DNA of 64,000 nt, taken from contig ML978123.1 in NCBI GenBank assembly GCA_010015805.1, positions 3,038,001-3,102,000 of the forward strand, in the 5' to 3' direction. Shown in pieces: positions 1 through 13,127 of this stretch. The DNA is from Rhizodiscina lignyota. Lineage: Eukaryota. Under the pieces are notes generated by a model. The model was not told the origin of the DNA. It ran no database searches and worked only from the letters and a program-made list of their open reading frames with translations. The first letter of the stretch is position 1. Each line of letters opens with the position of its first letter. Made by a program: the position numbers and the translations under genes.

Positions 1-830
1 TGTGTCCTCTACAGGGTCAACTTGCTCGGCTGTCATTTATGTTCAATACATAAGTAGCTTACCATGCGAGGCACAGAAGGAACTCAATGAATCGGAAGGA
101 CTCTAGAATAAAAGGCATCTGCCCTCGGCAGACAAGAGGCTCTACTAAAATCTTGTAGAGTTTAATGCTGTATTACGAGTGTGACATGAAATATGAGAAG
201 GCAATTGGTATATCACTCAGCTTCCGTAAGGAGGCCCACGATGTCCTCAGCTATATTTAATTTGTATTATCGTGCTGGGACGCAAATATGCTTTACATAA
301 TGAAGGTAAAGGTTTTTCTAAATGATACAAGACCGCAGGCACAATTAGAGTGGGAGCCAGCTCTATTAGAACTCTGTCTTGGTCAAGTTCACTTGTAGGT
401 ACAACTTTTGCGGAGAAGGGGAAGGGTCGGTGCGGACCCTTGTCTCGTTCTGGAAAAGTTCGACTGGCGTAGAACATCAGGGCGCATCGCTAGCACAGGA
501 ACAGCACCACACCGTGTCCTGCGTTGTACAACACATTCTCCCCTTCACCTTTCTTTGTTCACGCTGATTGCCCGGTCAGCTGTGGTCGTGGCTGACTGGA
601 TGAATGGTTGCCTTCTCAGTGGCATTCGGGGCTCCTTCAATTTGCCGCTGAGTCTGAGGCTGAGTCTGAAAATTCATTGCCCTCGCACTCACTCGCGCTT
701 TCACTCTCTTCTGCCTTCCATTACCTTCACTGCACTTCGGACAAACAGCCAAAGTACTGTGACAGCACAAAGACACCTCACACCAGCACATTCACCACGT
801 CATTCCTCTTCACGCCCTCTCCTAGCCGCC

Positions 831-3800
831 ATGGATCAAAAGAACGGTGACGCCCGCAGCAAGCGGAAACAACCACCTACATCTCCTTCCTCCGACCGAC
901 CTATGAAGCAGATCCGTGCTTTGGAGCAAGACTCCGACTACACCAACGGCAACTCGCCTGTACATACCAAATATCACGACGGGAACGGGAATGGGGAGCT
1001 TGACATAGAGATGGAGGAGGACCCAAGACTCTCACGTGTCACTACTGCTACGGCAGATACGGCAGAATGGCAGGCGACAATAGAGAAGGTGGTCAAGAAT
1101 GTGGTGTCGATCCACTTCTGCCAGACCTGCTCGTTCGACACTGACTCTGCGCTGTCTTCTGAGGCTACTGGCTTTGTTGTCGACGCGGAGAAGGGCTACA
1201 TTCTCACCAACCGCCACGTGGTAGGTGCAGGACCATTCTGGGGCTACTGTATCTTCGACAACCATGAAGAGTGTGATGTCTGGCCTGTCTACCGCGACCC
1301 TGTCCACGACTTTGGCATTCTCAAGTTCGACCCTAAGGCAATCAAGTACATGCCCCTTGCGGCGCTGGAATTGAGGCCAGACCTCGCACGTGTGGGTGCA
1401 GAAATCAGAGTGGTTGGAAACGACGCAGGCGAGAAGCTGAGCATCTTGTCTGGCGTGATCAGCCGCTTGGACCGCAATGCGCCAGAGTATGGAGAGGGCT
1501 ACAGTGACTTCAATACGAACTACATCCAGGCTGCTGCTGCGGCGAGTGGTGGTAGCTCCGGCAGTCCTGTCATCAACATTGATGGCTACGCTGTCGCTCT
1601 TCAGGCAGGTGGCAGAGCAGATGGAGCTGCAACTGATTTCTTCCTTCCTCTCGATCGACCCCTTCGCGCCCTGCAGTGCGTCCAACGCGACGAGCCAGTA
1701 CCTCGAGGAACGATACAAACACAGTGGATACTGAAGCCTTTCGACGAGTGCCGACGATTGGGCTTGACAAGCGATTCAGAGGCGGCTTTGCGTGAGGCTT
1801 TTCCGAAAGAGACAGGGATGCTCGTGGCAGAGGTGGTATTGCCCAATGGCCCCGGAGACAAGAAGCTTGAAGAAGGAGATCTGCTCATAAAGGTCAACGG
1901 CGAGCTGCTTACGCAGTTCATTCGTCTTGATGAGATCTTGGATTCAAGTGTTGGCAAGAAGGTGCAATTGCTGATCCAGCGCGGTGGTGAGAATATGGAC
2001 CTTGAACTGGATGTGGGAGATCTTCATGCAATCACTCCGGATCGATTCGTGTCTGTCGCTGGAGCTGCATTCCATGACCTGTCCTATCAGCAGGCCAGGC
2101 TATATGCCATCTCAACGAAGGGCAATGGTGTCTTTGTCTGCGAGTCGGCAGGCTCTTTCCGATTCGAAGGCAGCTACTCAGGTTGGCTCATTCAGTCTGT
2201 AGATAACAAAGAGACTCCAGATCTGGACACATTCGTGGAAGTCATGAAGGGCATACCCGATAGAGCGCGAGTTGTGGTTGGCTACAAGCACCTTCGCGAC
2301 CTTCATACTCTGAACACCAGCATCATCACAATCGATCGCCACTGGAGCGCGAAGATGCGATTGGCAATGCGAAATGACGCCACGGGACTGTGGGACTTTA
2401 CAGACATTGCTGATGCTCTTCCTCCGGTACCACCTGTCCCTCGCAGAGCCAATTTCATCAAGATGGACAATGCGAAGTATCCCAAGGCTGTCGATATTGT
2501 CCGCAGCTTTGTCAGGATTACGGCAACGATGCCCGTGAAGCTCGATGGGTTTCCAAGAGGACGCAAGACTGGACACGGACTTGTACTGGATGCCGACAAG
2601 GGCTTGGTTATCATCTCGAGAGCTACTGTCCCGTACGATTTGTGCGACATCTCCCTGACGTTCGCCAATTCCATCATTGTTGATGGAAAAGTCGTTTTCA
2701 TGCATCCGATTCAAAACTATGCCATCATCTCCTACGATCCATCCCTTGTCAATGCCCCAGTCCAGAGCGCTAAACTCTCCACAACACCTATCAAACAAGG
2801 AGAGGAGACCATCTTCTTTGGCTTCAACCAGAATTACCGTCCGGTTGTGGCAAAGACTGTCGTTACGGACATTACCACAGTCGCTATTCCCGCCAGCGCA
2901 TCAACGCCGCGCTACCGTGCGATCAATCTCGATGCTGTCACCGTCGACACGAACTTGGCTTCACAATGCGGCAGCGGCGTCTTAATCGCTGAGGATGGTA
3001 CGGTCCAAGCACTCTGGCTGACTTACTTGGGCGAGCGCCATTCTCACAGCGGCAAAGACATGGAGTATCATCTTGGTCTACTCACCCCAATGGTACTGCC
3101 TGTATTTAATCAGATTCTTGGTGGTGTCATGCCAAAGCTGCGCTTCCTCAACGTCGAGATGCATACGGTTCAAATGAGCCAAGCCCGCATCATGGGCGTT
3201 GAAGAAGAGTGGATCGAACGTGTCGAGAAGGAGGATCCGGAGCGGCATCAGCTCTTCATGATCCGCAAGATTGATTCTGGCCATAATGACGGCCTGCAGG
3301 AGAGCGATATCATCTTGACGCTCAATGACAAGCTCGTCACGCGTGTGTCTGATCTCGACATCCAGTACGACAATGAGTCGCTTGACGCAGTTATTGTCCG
3401 CAAGCGTGAGCAGATCCGCATCAAGATCCCCACTGTCCCCACGGAGGATCTCGAGACGGATCGCGTCGTTATGTTCTGCGGTGCCATGCTTCACCGTCCG
3501 CATCACGCAGTGAGGCAGCAGATCAGCAAGGTGCACTCTGATGTCTACATCTCCGGACGAGTAAGTCTTTTCCCCCTTTCTCTTATCGCAAAGTTTTAAT
3601 ACGTGAAACAGATGCGCGGCTCACCATCCTACGCCTACGGCCTCGCGCCCACTAACTTCATCACCCACGTCAACGGCCGCTCGACGCCCGATCTCGACAC
3701 TTTCCTTGAAGAGACTCACAAGATCCCCGATAACACGTATTTCCGTCTTAAGGTCATGACGTTCGATAATGTTCCGTGGGTAGCCACGATGAAGAAGAAC

Positions 3801-3965
3801 GAGCACTACTTCCCGACCTTGGAGCTGCTGAAGGATGCGAGCGAGCCGTTAGGCTGGAAGAAGATCATTCATGAGGTGGATGGGAAGGGAAAGGGGATGA
3901 TGGGAGAGGAGGTGCTTGAGGGGAGGGACGCTGTTGATGTGGAGGGTGGAGAAGGTGAAGCTTGA
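831..3965 (+). CDS. nma111: Pro-apoptotic HtrA-like serine protease Nma111/Ynm3 (canonical copy); one intron 3561-3611
   Basis: ATG at 831 in GCCGCCATGG context. Catalytic triad motifs TNRHVV, VHDFG and [13 protein letters not shown] and duplicated protease/PDZ half. GTAAGT..CAG intron joins YISGR to MRGSPSY. Confidence 0.95.
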
Positions 3966-4430
3966 CTAGAATGAGTTAGAGACTACCGATGCTGTATGCA
4001 TTAAGTGGACGTGAGAGTTGGAGGTTGATCAACATGCGGAATTGGTCATGGGTAAGGCTGTCTGAAGACTTAGTACTGAAGCTGTACTACTAACTTGTTG
4101 CCATGATTGCAGATACCCGAGAGCTTATCTTGGAAGTAACTGGTAGCCACTAAACAAGAACATACATAATCACAGGATATACCTTTAATTGTCGTGCATC
4201 TCATGTGGAATATTCGACGGTGCAGGAAATAAATATCAGATGAAAAGGGTAAGGAGCGGAGAGGTGGTCCTTAATCGTAGGGCTGAAGCTCTGACATGTG
4301 ACGCAATTGGCCGCGGGCAAAGTTGGACGCGACCAGCTTCGAACTTGGGCCTTTCATGTTGTCACCATGAATAGCGAAACTCGACGGCGGACTGTATTGT
4401 TTACGGCTCTACTAACTGCAGAACTCGACA

Positions 4431-5126
4431 ATGGATGATCCAAGTGATACTTACCCTCCGCCCTCTATTCATCGCACTGTGCTCTAAACTGACGTGTCAT
4501 TGCTCCCAGTCCGCGACGTTCCCGGTGTAATAAAGCTCCTCACTCAAGGCTCGCCTTCAAGACAAGCAGAAGCTATTGAGACGTATTTCACGAAAGATGC
4601 CGCCTTCACGCACCCCTTCTGCCGAGTTCCGAGCTTCCCGAATTCGAGACACCTCGTTCAGGCCATCTTTCGCTGGTACAAGATCATGAGTCCGCATATT
4701 GATCTCACGATCAACTCTGTCGGTACGCTTTCGCATCCATATCCTGAGTGGCCTGCGCAGAGAATGGAGCTAACGGAAGCTGAAATCACAGCATTGGATG
4801 CCCCCGCCCTAATCCTCTACGTCAATATCACCCAATCCTTCCGCATCTTCGTCGTCCCCTTCTACCTCGCGCGCGTCAACCTCGTCACGGTCCTACAGCT
4901 CGAGCACGACAAGGCGAAGGAGAAGTACTTCATTCAGTCGCAGAACGACCTGTACCAGACGGACCACTTTGTGCGCTTCATCTGGCCCGGCGGATGGCTC
5001 GTTGTCTGGCTGTGGCAGGTTGTTGCGACGCTGGTGTGCGCGGTGCTCGCGATGGTGTTCTGGCCGATTACGTGGGTTGAGGAGAATTATATGCCGGATG
5101 GGTGGTATGGGGTTAGCTGGAGATGA
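4431..5126 (+). CDS. Conserved fungal NTF2-like fold protein with C-terminal membrane segment; introns 4444-4509 and 4723-4791
   Basis: Spliced product MDDPIRDVPGVIKLLTQG...FTHPFC...WYKIMSP...YFIQSQNDLYQ, followed by a hydrophobic tail. Confidence 0.75.
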
Positions 5127-6096
5127 GGCTGGCTTGACTCTGCAGGGCGTTTGGCGCAGGGATTTGTTTGCGGCTGAAGGAAAAGGGGCATTGTGCATGA
5201 GATTTCGTTGCTCGCGTGGTACATGGTGCCCTCTCGACGAATCATTTTAAGCTCAGCGATGCCACACGGCAGTTTGGAAGTCGTGTGGCAGCCTTTGGAG
5301 GAAAAGCTGAAGCTGCTGAGCCGTGATTTCTTGGCAAAGCTTGCTTCGGACGCCCGATGCAGATTTGTTTGCTATTAACGATGACTTTCGAAAATAGAAG
5401 CAGTTCCTTGAAGGAGATACGTTGCGCATGCTGTATCGAAAATCTTCTAAGGCGGGTAATTATCTCCAGGCTCTCCCGATGTTTATTCGCAGTGGGAGTG
5501 GCGGACAACGCAAATCTTATTTTCACAGTCATCGTGTATATGACATTTTTCCAATATCCTCATTCGAGGCGACGTTCTCCTCTGTCCATATGGCGAGCCT
5601 CGTCTTGGTTACTGCGATGTCTGTCTGAGAATATCACCTGCTGTCCGCATTCCAAGTCCGCCTCACGGACGTAATGTCGCAGATACGAAGCTTCACCGGT
5701 CTCCTGTTTTGGGGCAACATCCGTTGTATACCAGAAGTAACTTTCCCCCCCCTGCCCTGTTGGGCAGTTGCTCATTTCCCTTTTTGTATTTAACACCGTG
5801 CAGGCAAATCATCTTCAAGTGTTGCCGCCTGGGCGCAACTTTCAAAACTGTTGCGCCCTTCAGCGGCGTATGCAAATGCACGGAGGCAAAGCTGCTGAGC
5901 CGTAATCCCTAAAACCAACCTCAATACTCTGTATCTCTCGGCGCCTGCGCTAATGAAAGGCTGTCTTCTATAGCTGAATAATATTATTTGGCAATTAGAT
6001 ACAATCGCAATAGATCCTGGATCGGACGTCTAAGTAAAAGTCTTGTGGCGAAGACAACAAAATACCTCGGGATAACTTGCGCGCTTCCCTCAATAG

Positions 6097-9000
6097 CTAA
6101 ATGGACGTATCTATCTGAGCACTGCCAAAGTAAACACCGAATATACTCTACGAGATGTCAATGCTCCTATTTGCTTTTGTATCGTTGATAAGACTCACCA
6201 GCATCGACTGAAACCTTTCAGACATCCCTTCCTTTCCAAAACCACCTCCCGCGAGTTGTAATTTCCTCTGTTGGCGAGATAAAACATTACTCTTGCTAGA
6301 TGTTAGTCTCACAAAGACTTCGACTGCGACACTGCATATTCGAACCTCTTCGATAGTGTTCTCCATGACATATCGCTTTATGATGACTTGATCTGTTTGA
6401 CCGAGTCGCACGGCCCTGCCAATGGCTTGAGACTCAATTGACGGGTTCCACTGCGGTTCCAGGAGGTATATTCGTGACGCAACAGCGAGATTCAATCTGA
6501 TGAAGGTAAGCTAGGAATCTATTACCGCAATGACGAAGTTGCGAACTACGCGAGATTGGATACTGACCCTACTGCACTGGTACCAAGGGTCATAAGCAAT
6601 ATATTCGCGCCTTTGGGGGATCGAAAGTCATCAAGGACCTTTTTGCGCTGTGCCAGCTTCAGTGAGCCATCTATTGAATCGTAACGCAAGCCCCAGTGCC
6701 TAAGAAGTTTACCAACAAGGCTCAGGGTAACTTTCCAACTTGAGAAGACGATGCTGGCAAATTGACCAGTAAGTGATCCTTCGGAAAACATGGAGGGGGG
6801 TACTCACCTCTTTGCAGTATCCTTTAAAAGGTCTGAGACAAGCGCTTGCAATTTCGAGGGGTACTGACCGCGATGAAGACTGCCTTGACAATGGTCCGAC
6901 GACTGAATCTGGGGGTTTTCTAACGACCACGACTCGAATGGCGTCGCTTCATTTCCAGCAGTACAACTCGGACAGCTTTTTTGATCCACAGTAGGATCGG
7001 ACATGCAATTGCGGCAAATTAAGTGGGCGCAAGTCGACATTAGTCTGCCGCCGTCAGTGTCCGCAGAGTTATCGATGGTGTAAACAATGCTGGAACAATA
7101 AGTGCAGATGTTCTGATCAGACTGCTGCAGGTAGCTCAAAAACTCATCAGCATCCATTGGAAGACCATCTGGTCCAATTGCCAGTAAGGATCTTGCGCTC
7201 CCATTGTTGCAAAAGAGACGAAGTTTGAGAAGTGACTCCAACACGGTAGAATTGACTTTGCGGTTGGCATAGCCACTGACTGCCATGTCGATCCTCGTCC
7301 TGCAATTATCCAGCAGATCCTTGTACTCTGCCCATTCAAGATTTGTAAATGGCAGTCGGCGGATTTGTACAGCAGGTTCTGGCAAATGGAGCAACTCTCG
7401 GGTTCTTCGAATGCAGATGGTCTGCAAGAGGGTACGGAGATTTTGGAACCGACCACTCGTATTCGACAAGATTGGATTTGTTATAAACTTTCGAAATGTG
7501 GGTCCGTTCTCAAGTACTGGGACCCTGAGGAATGACACTAGGGCTCCAAGGTCTTCTAAGTCGTTTTGGATGGGAGTGCCGCTCAAGCACCAACGATGCT
7601 TAGCAGAGAGGCTACTGACCGCTTGGAATTGCTTGGTGGAGCTGTTTCGAATATCATGCGCTGGAATAAGTTATAGTCAAGCTTACATTGAACAAGAGCC
7701 CCAGATTGGATACTAACCTTCATCGAGAACTATCCTGAACCAGTTGATCTTTGCCAAGGTGCTGTTTCCTTTGCAGTACTCCGCAGCTACTGTAGCGTAA
7801 GTAGTAAATATTATTACCTTCTCACAAAGCAGATGAGTCTCCGCGTGCCTGCTTTGGCCCAAATGTTTGTGGAACGAAAGGCTTCCGGGATACGTATGCC
7901 TTACAGCCCGTCAGAATGGGGATGCCAGCTACAAAGCGGAAAGAGAACGTACTTGCGAAGTTCGTCCACCCAACTGTCTATCAAGACTACAAAATGGTCA
8001 ACAAGTATGTTAGAGCAGTGGTTCTCTCCTACTTACGCGATGATGGTGCTATCACAAGCGTTGCTCCGGACCGAGTCATTTTCTTCTGGTCCTTCCAGGG
8101 CTGCTGATCTTCAGTGGTCACGAATTCCTTCGCACGATCGAGTGATCCAGATATAGTGGAAATAATGACGAGTGACTTTCCAAGCCCCATTTCATCTGCA
8201 ATGATACCGCTTGGGGCTTCGTCCTGTTGTGGGCGTTTGGCGCCCGTGAACACATGTTGAAAACTTGCCATTGGAGAGTCAGTTTAGAAAGCGAAGATCA
8301 GAAACATAATCTCACAAAGGTTCATCTGCATCAATCTCATTTCTTTTCCAAAGGCTTAATTCTGATGGGAGATTCCCAGTCTCGCGTTGCGTGACAAAAT
8401 CTAGCGCTTCTTTCTGGTGGCTGTCGTGGAAAAAAATGTTATGGAATCGAAGTTGACTATATCAAAATAGCAGAGTGATACAACTTACATGAGCAATTCG
8501 CTTCTAATACGACGGTCAATGAATACGTCTTCGAACGTTGTAACATGGTGCGTGAGGCTATCGAGGATGTTGTCGACAGCCTTAGAAACACTCTCTTGTG
8601 AGACATCTTCTTCGTTTTCATGAGTGGTTGATGAAATCCTTTCCGTAAGCAACTCAGGCTCCCCAATGAGACCCTGCTCCGTGAATTCTCCAATGTGGAG
8701 AAAGTGCGGATTATGGTACTCTGCATTATTGAGGCCGTGGAGAGGGTACTGTAAATAGATGCCGGCTTTCGACAAAATGGAGCCTACTGTTTCAGCAGCA
8801 GCTCGGACCCCATAGAGATTGATCTCTATAGAGATTGAGAGAAGGAAGTAATAACTCTGTGTTTGTGTGGCTTTGAATAGATCTTCACTGCGCACACATG
8901 CCTGAATTCGGACGTTCTGACCGTAGATAATGGAGCCGAGTATCGAGCCGAGGCCCTCTCTCAATCGTGCAAAAGAACGGTTGTTGTGTTGTAATAGAAA

Positions 9001-9319
9001 GGACTCTCCATCTTCTAGCACAGGGAAGCATTGAACACTGTCATCGGTGCCGGAGAGGTACGAGAATAGGCTATCCGATTCTTTGAGTAGTTGTGCGGAT
9101 TCGTCGTCAACCTGAAATGATATTAGATTTACTTCAGAATCTAAGAGGATGACTTACGCAGCCATAGCAGACCATCTCATCGAAACCGACTTCTTGGCTT
9201 TCATTCAGCAGAAAAGAGACTGACAAGGCCGCTGGCCGAGGGCGACGCTGCCCTCCGTCGAATGGGCACGGCCGCTTCAATGATGAATCTACAGCCTCAC
9301 TACCTGTGTTGAAATGCAT
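6097..9319 (-). CDS. SNF2-family helicase/ATPase with RING finger (Rad5/Rad16-like architecture), multi-intron
   Basis: Motif I GIIADEMGLGKS, Ia TLVIAPSS, II WFRIVLDE|AH, III SGTPIQN, RING CTYC..CAHLICRNC..CPSC, IV IVFSSW, V/VI LLEPQWNPSIESQAIGRAVRLGQ. Start and last exon inferred from splice signals. Confidence 0.9.
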
Positions 9320-9595
9320 GGAATGAACGGGGCTCGCAGTGATGATACTAGAGCGATAGTAGGCGAAATGATAGAGATGCGCTCTTGCGGGAGTTCCAAT
9401 GCCCGAATAAATACGATAATCTGGAGACGCCCGATATTTTGCACTGCCACAGCGCTTCCGCAACAAGAACCACCATCGATCCAGCCTCGCTGCTCGCACT
9501 TCACCCGTTAGCCTTCATCATAACATGATAATATCTTAACTCAAGACACTTATGCGACATTAGTCACTATCAAATTCGTATAACGTCAGGAAAAG

Positions 9596-12500
9596 ATGAC
9601 TAGTCAATCTCATGTGACTGTGTTCGAGCGGGTATTGCAGGATTTCAAACGAGGCTTGAAGAAGAGACATCAAGAAAACTTCAAAATGACGACATTAGCC
9701 GACCTTATGGAGAGTATCGGAGAGATACAACGAAAACAACACTCACAAAGACGCCTGAGAAATCTCAACAGGCTGAGTGCTTTTCTCGAGGCAATCGATC
9801 AATACGGAAAGGTAGTCGAAGTATTCGCGAACAGCAGTATTTTTGTGGCGTTCGTCTGGGCAAGTAGATTTATATTATGAATGATAATACGTCGACTGAT
9901 ATCGTTTAGGGTCCAATGAAATTCCTTTTGCAGGTATGGTATCCGTCGTTTTAGTCCTTACAAGGCTGACCAGAGAAGGTTGCAAGCTCACACGTCGAAG
10001 CGTTCACAGAACTGCTCGATGCGTATGAACAGATCGGAGAAAACCTCCCTCTTCTCTCGCAGTATCAAGATCTATTCAAAACCAATTCTCACATGGTCGC
10101 GGTGTTGCCGCTTATGTACGAAGATATCTTGAAGTTCCATAAGGATGCTTTGCATTATTTTGAACAACCAAGTTAGTCAGTGTTTTCATTGTTATCTCAA
10201 AGCTCATATCATGGCTCAAAGCTAATGAATGGCATGAAGTTTGGATGCAATTATTCCAAGCGACGTGGAAGACCTACAAGTCTCGCTTCTCCAGCGTGAT
10301 TTCGAACATGGCAAGACATAAAGAGCTGATAGAGAGTCATGCTAGCGTAGCACAAATCCAAGAAAGCCGTGAGGCACGCCTAGATGAAGAAGCTCGATTT
10401 GAGACTCACCTGAGGAACGAAAATTTACACCGCCGACACGTCGTGTCCGACTGGCTCAAAGCTGCTGATATTGAAGCCGACCAATATGAACATTGCAAGC
10501 TTCGGGCAGGGTATCCCAAGACTGGACGGTGGCTCCTGGAGAATGAAATATTCGCGCATTGGTTCCACCCACGATTTGCTCCCGTCCCTCCCTTACTTTG
10601 GCTATGTGGCGTACCTGGTGCAGGTAGGATACTACCATAGTCTCTGTTACCTCGAAAGTTCCTAATGGCTATACAGGAAAAACAATTCTTGCTTCACTTA
10701 TTGTAGAGGAAGCTGAAAAGCTCAATCCATCGCCCACCGTCTTGTACTTTTACTGCAGGTATGGAAATTCCGAACGGGACAATTTCCTTGCACTTGCCAG
10801 AAGCATATTGGCTCAACTTCTCCGGGAGGACAAAGTCCTGCTGTCGTACCTTTATGAAGAATGCTGTGAAAGTAACGAAACACTTCTGAGGAACCCTGAA
10901 CGGGTTGAAAAGCTCTTACAACTTGCCTTTGAGAACTGCAAAAATGCCTACATAATTCTGGACGGTATAGACGAATGCAACAGGGAACAACGAAAAAGAA
11001 TCACACAGTACTTCCGAAGTCTGGTCGAACATCTGCCTCCCACAGAACCAGACCGGTTGCGATGCCTCTTCATCAGCCAGGACGACGGCTTCGCCCGTAG
11101 GGACTTCTCGGGTCTTGCGAGTTACAAAATCACGATGGAAGACACAAGGAATGATATTGGTGAATTCTGCGAACTCGAAGCTAAGAAGCTTCAAGATCTC
11201 TTTCCACTCACGGACCAGCGGGTATCCGAAATAGCTACTGAAATATCTGATGCCGTAGGAGGTACGTACCTGATCAGAGTCATCTGGGGTGGGCCTGCTC
11301 ATGTACTCATAGGCATGTTTCTTCTTGCGAAGTTGGTCTGGATTAATCTATCCGGTACGACTTCAATGCACGCACTTGAGGAAGAGCTGGAACCAAGTGT
11401 CTTCCCAAAGACGACCAACGAAGCGTGAGTTCATCTTTATCTCGATAACTACTTTCAGTTAATTCGGTCGCAGATATGGAAGGATTATGGCTCGAATAGA
11501 AGAATATCCTTCCATTTCGATGAAAAATGAAGCGTTGACGTTACTAGCTTGGTTTGTTTGCGCAAAGCGACCCTTGAAATGGTATGAAATACAAGGTATG
11601 CGGTCTGTAAACCTTGAGAGTGAGTCTGTAGAATATGAAAAGCGAAAGTTTCGAGTTACGCCAAAAGATCTCTGCCAGTCATTGGTGGAAGAGAGATCAG
11701 ATCGTACCCTCGAACTGGTCCATCTGACAGCACGATTGTAAGTCATTACGACAATGTCCTGACATGCAGAGTTAAGACAGATAATAATAAATGTCCTATC
11801 GCGTAGTTTCCTCATCGAAGAAAATCACCTCGACTTAGCTCAGGAAGAGCTAAAATTGACAACCCTGTGTATCGACTACTTGGATCTACCGGCATTTTTA
11901 GATGCTCCCAACAAAGAGGGTATATGTAATGGCGATTACATATTCATGGATTACGCTGCATTGTATTGGGTCAGGCATCTTGAGGCTGGTCTTGTGGAGG
12001 CCAATAGTGACGAACCACTAATACAAGCGCTTTCAGAGTCCCTTGAAATCTTCATTGAGCGCCACTGGAAATCTGCAGAAAGCAAGTTCGCGTCCTCTCT
12101 GAGGAATACCGAAAGACTCAAGCCATTAAAAGAGCTGCCCTTTTATGGCAAACTTGAGCAAACCGTTCTCTCGATGAGGAAGCAATTAACATATTACGGA
12201 GAGATGAGAGAGTCGGAAATTGCTTTGGATATTTCAGACATCGTCCGAGCTGTTCGCAGTGTCCTGGAAAGCTTGGTATCATCATCACTTCCTGATCCCG
12301 TTCGGAGAGATTTGGAAGAAAAGTATGGGGAAAATTTGTTCAAATGTCCAAGATTCAGTTGCCAGAATTTTACTGTTGGATTCGTTACCTCCCTGGAGCG
12401 ACAGAAGCACATGGCAAAGCACGAAAGGTCTTATCTCTGTCCGAACCAGGCTTGTCCATCGGCCATATTTGGTTTCACTTTGGCTAGGGAACGAGAAAAT

Positions 12501-13127
12501 CACATTAAGAAGACACACCCTACGGAAACTGAACGAAACCAATCTCTGACGGATCAGGAAGTACATGACAGCGTACCTGGAAGACCCGCCGAACAGGACG
12601 CAATCGAACAAGATCAAGAACTCGAACGGGACATGACAGAACAGACCACGGCCGACGAAGGCACGATCGAGCAAGCCACAACCGAACAACGCTTATTGGA
12701 ACAGAGTAAAATGGAGCTTGTTGAGCCACCGGAGTCGCCACCGGAGATCCAGGAATTGGGCATGTGGCGACGAAAACGAGCGCAACCGACAGAAATTCGA
12801 TGCGACTTCTGTCCCAGGGTCTTTACGAAGAGCTTCAATTTAAAATCGCATCTTCGAACCCATTCAGACAATCGACCATTCAGCTGCGATGAATGCGAAA
12901 AACACTTCGCTCGCAAAAGCGATCTTGTCCGCCACGAGGCCACACATACTGGGGAAAAGCGTCATGTGTGCCATGGCATACTGAGTGATGGAACACCATG
13001 GGGTTGCGGGAAGTCATTTGCTCGTGCAGATATCTTGGCCAGTCACCATAAATCTGACTCTGGTCGGGCTTGTTTCGAGCCTCTTCTCCAAGAGCGGGAA
13101 CAGGAGTCAGTTGTTCAGCAGCGCTAA
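9596..13127 (+). CDS. Fungal STAND/NACHT NLR-like protein with N-terminal helical domain and five C-terminal C2H2 zinc fingers, multi-intron
   Basis: N-terminal FVAFVW|GPMKFLLQ signature. Walker A LLWLCGVPGAG|KT split by an intron. Walker B YIILDGIDEC. GMFLLAKL, WFVCAKRPL, FMDYAALYWVRHL. Five C2H2 fingers. Confidence 0.9.
12591..12704 (+). repeat. Degenerate 15-bp coding minisatellite (EQxxx pentapeptide repeats) inside the NACHT-ZnF gene
   Basis: Units gaacaggacgcaatc, gaacgggacatgaca, gaacagaccacggcc, gagcaagccacaacc, gaacaacgcttattg. Confidence 0.6.

Noticed and set aside
408..830. 141-aa N-terminal extension of the nma111 ORF in the track
   Set aside because: It starts at a non-ATG codon and reads through pyrimidine-rich promoter/5' UTR DNA. 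The ATG at 831 has the better context and the expected N-terminus.
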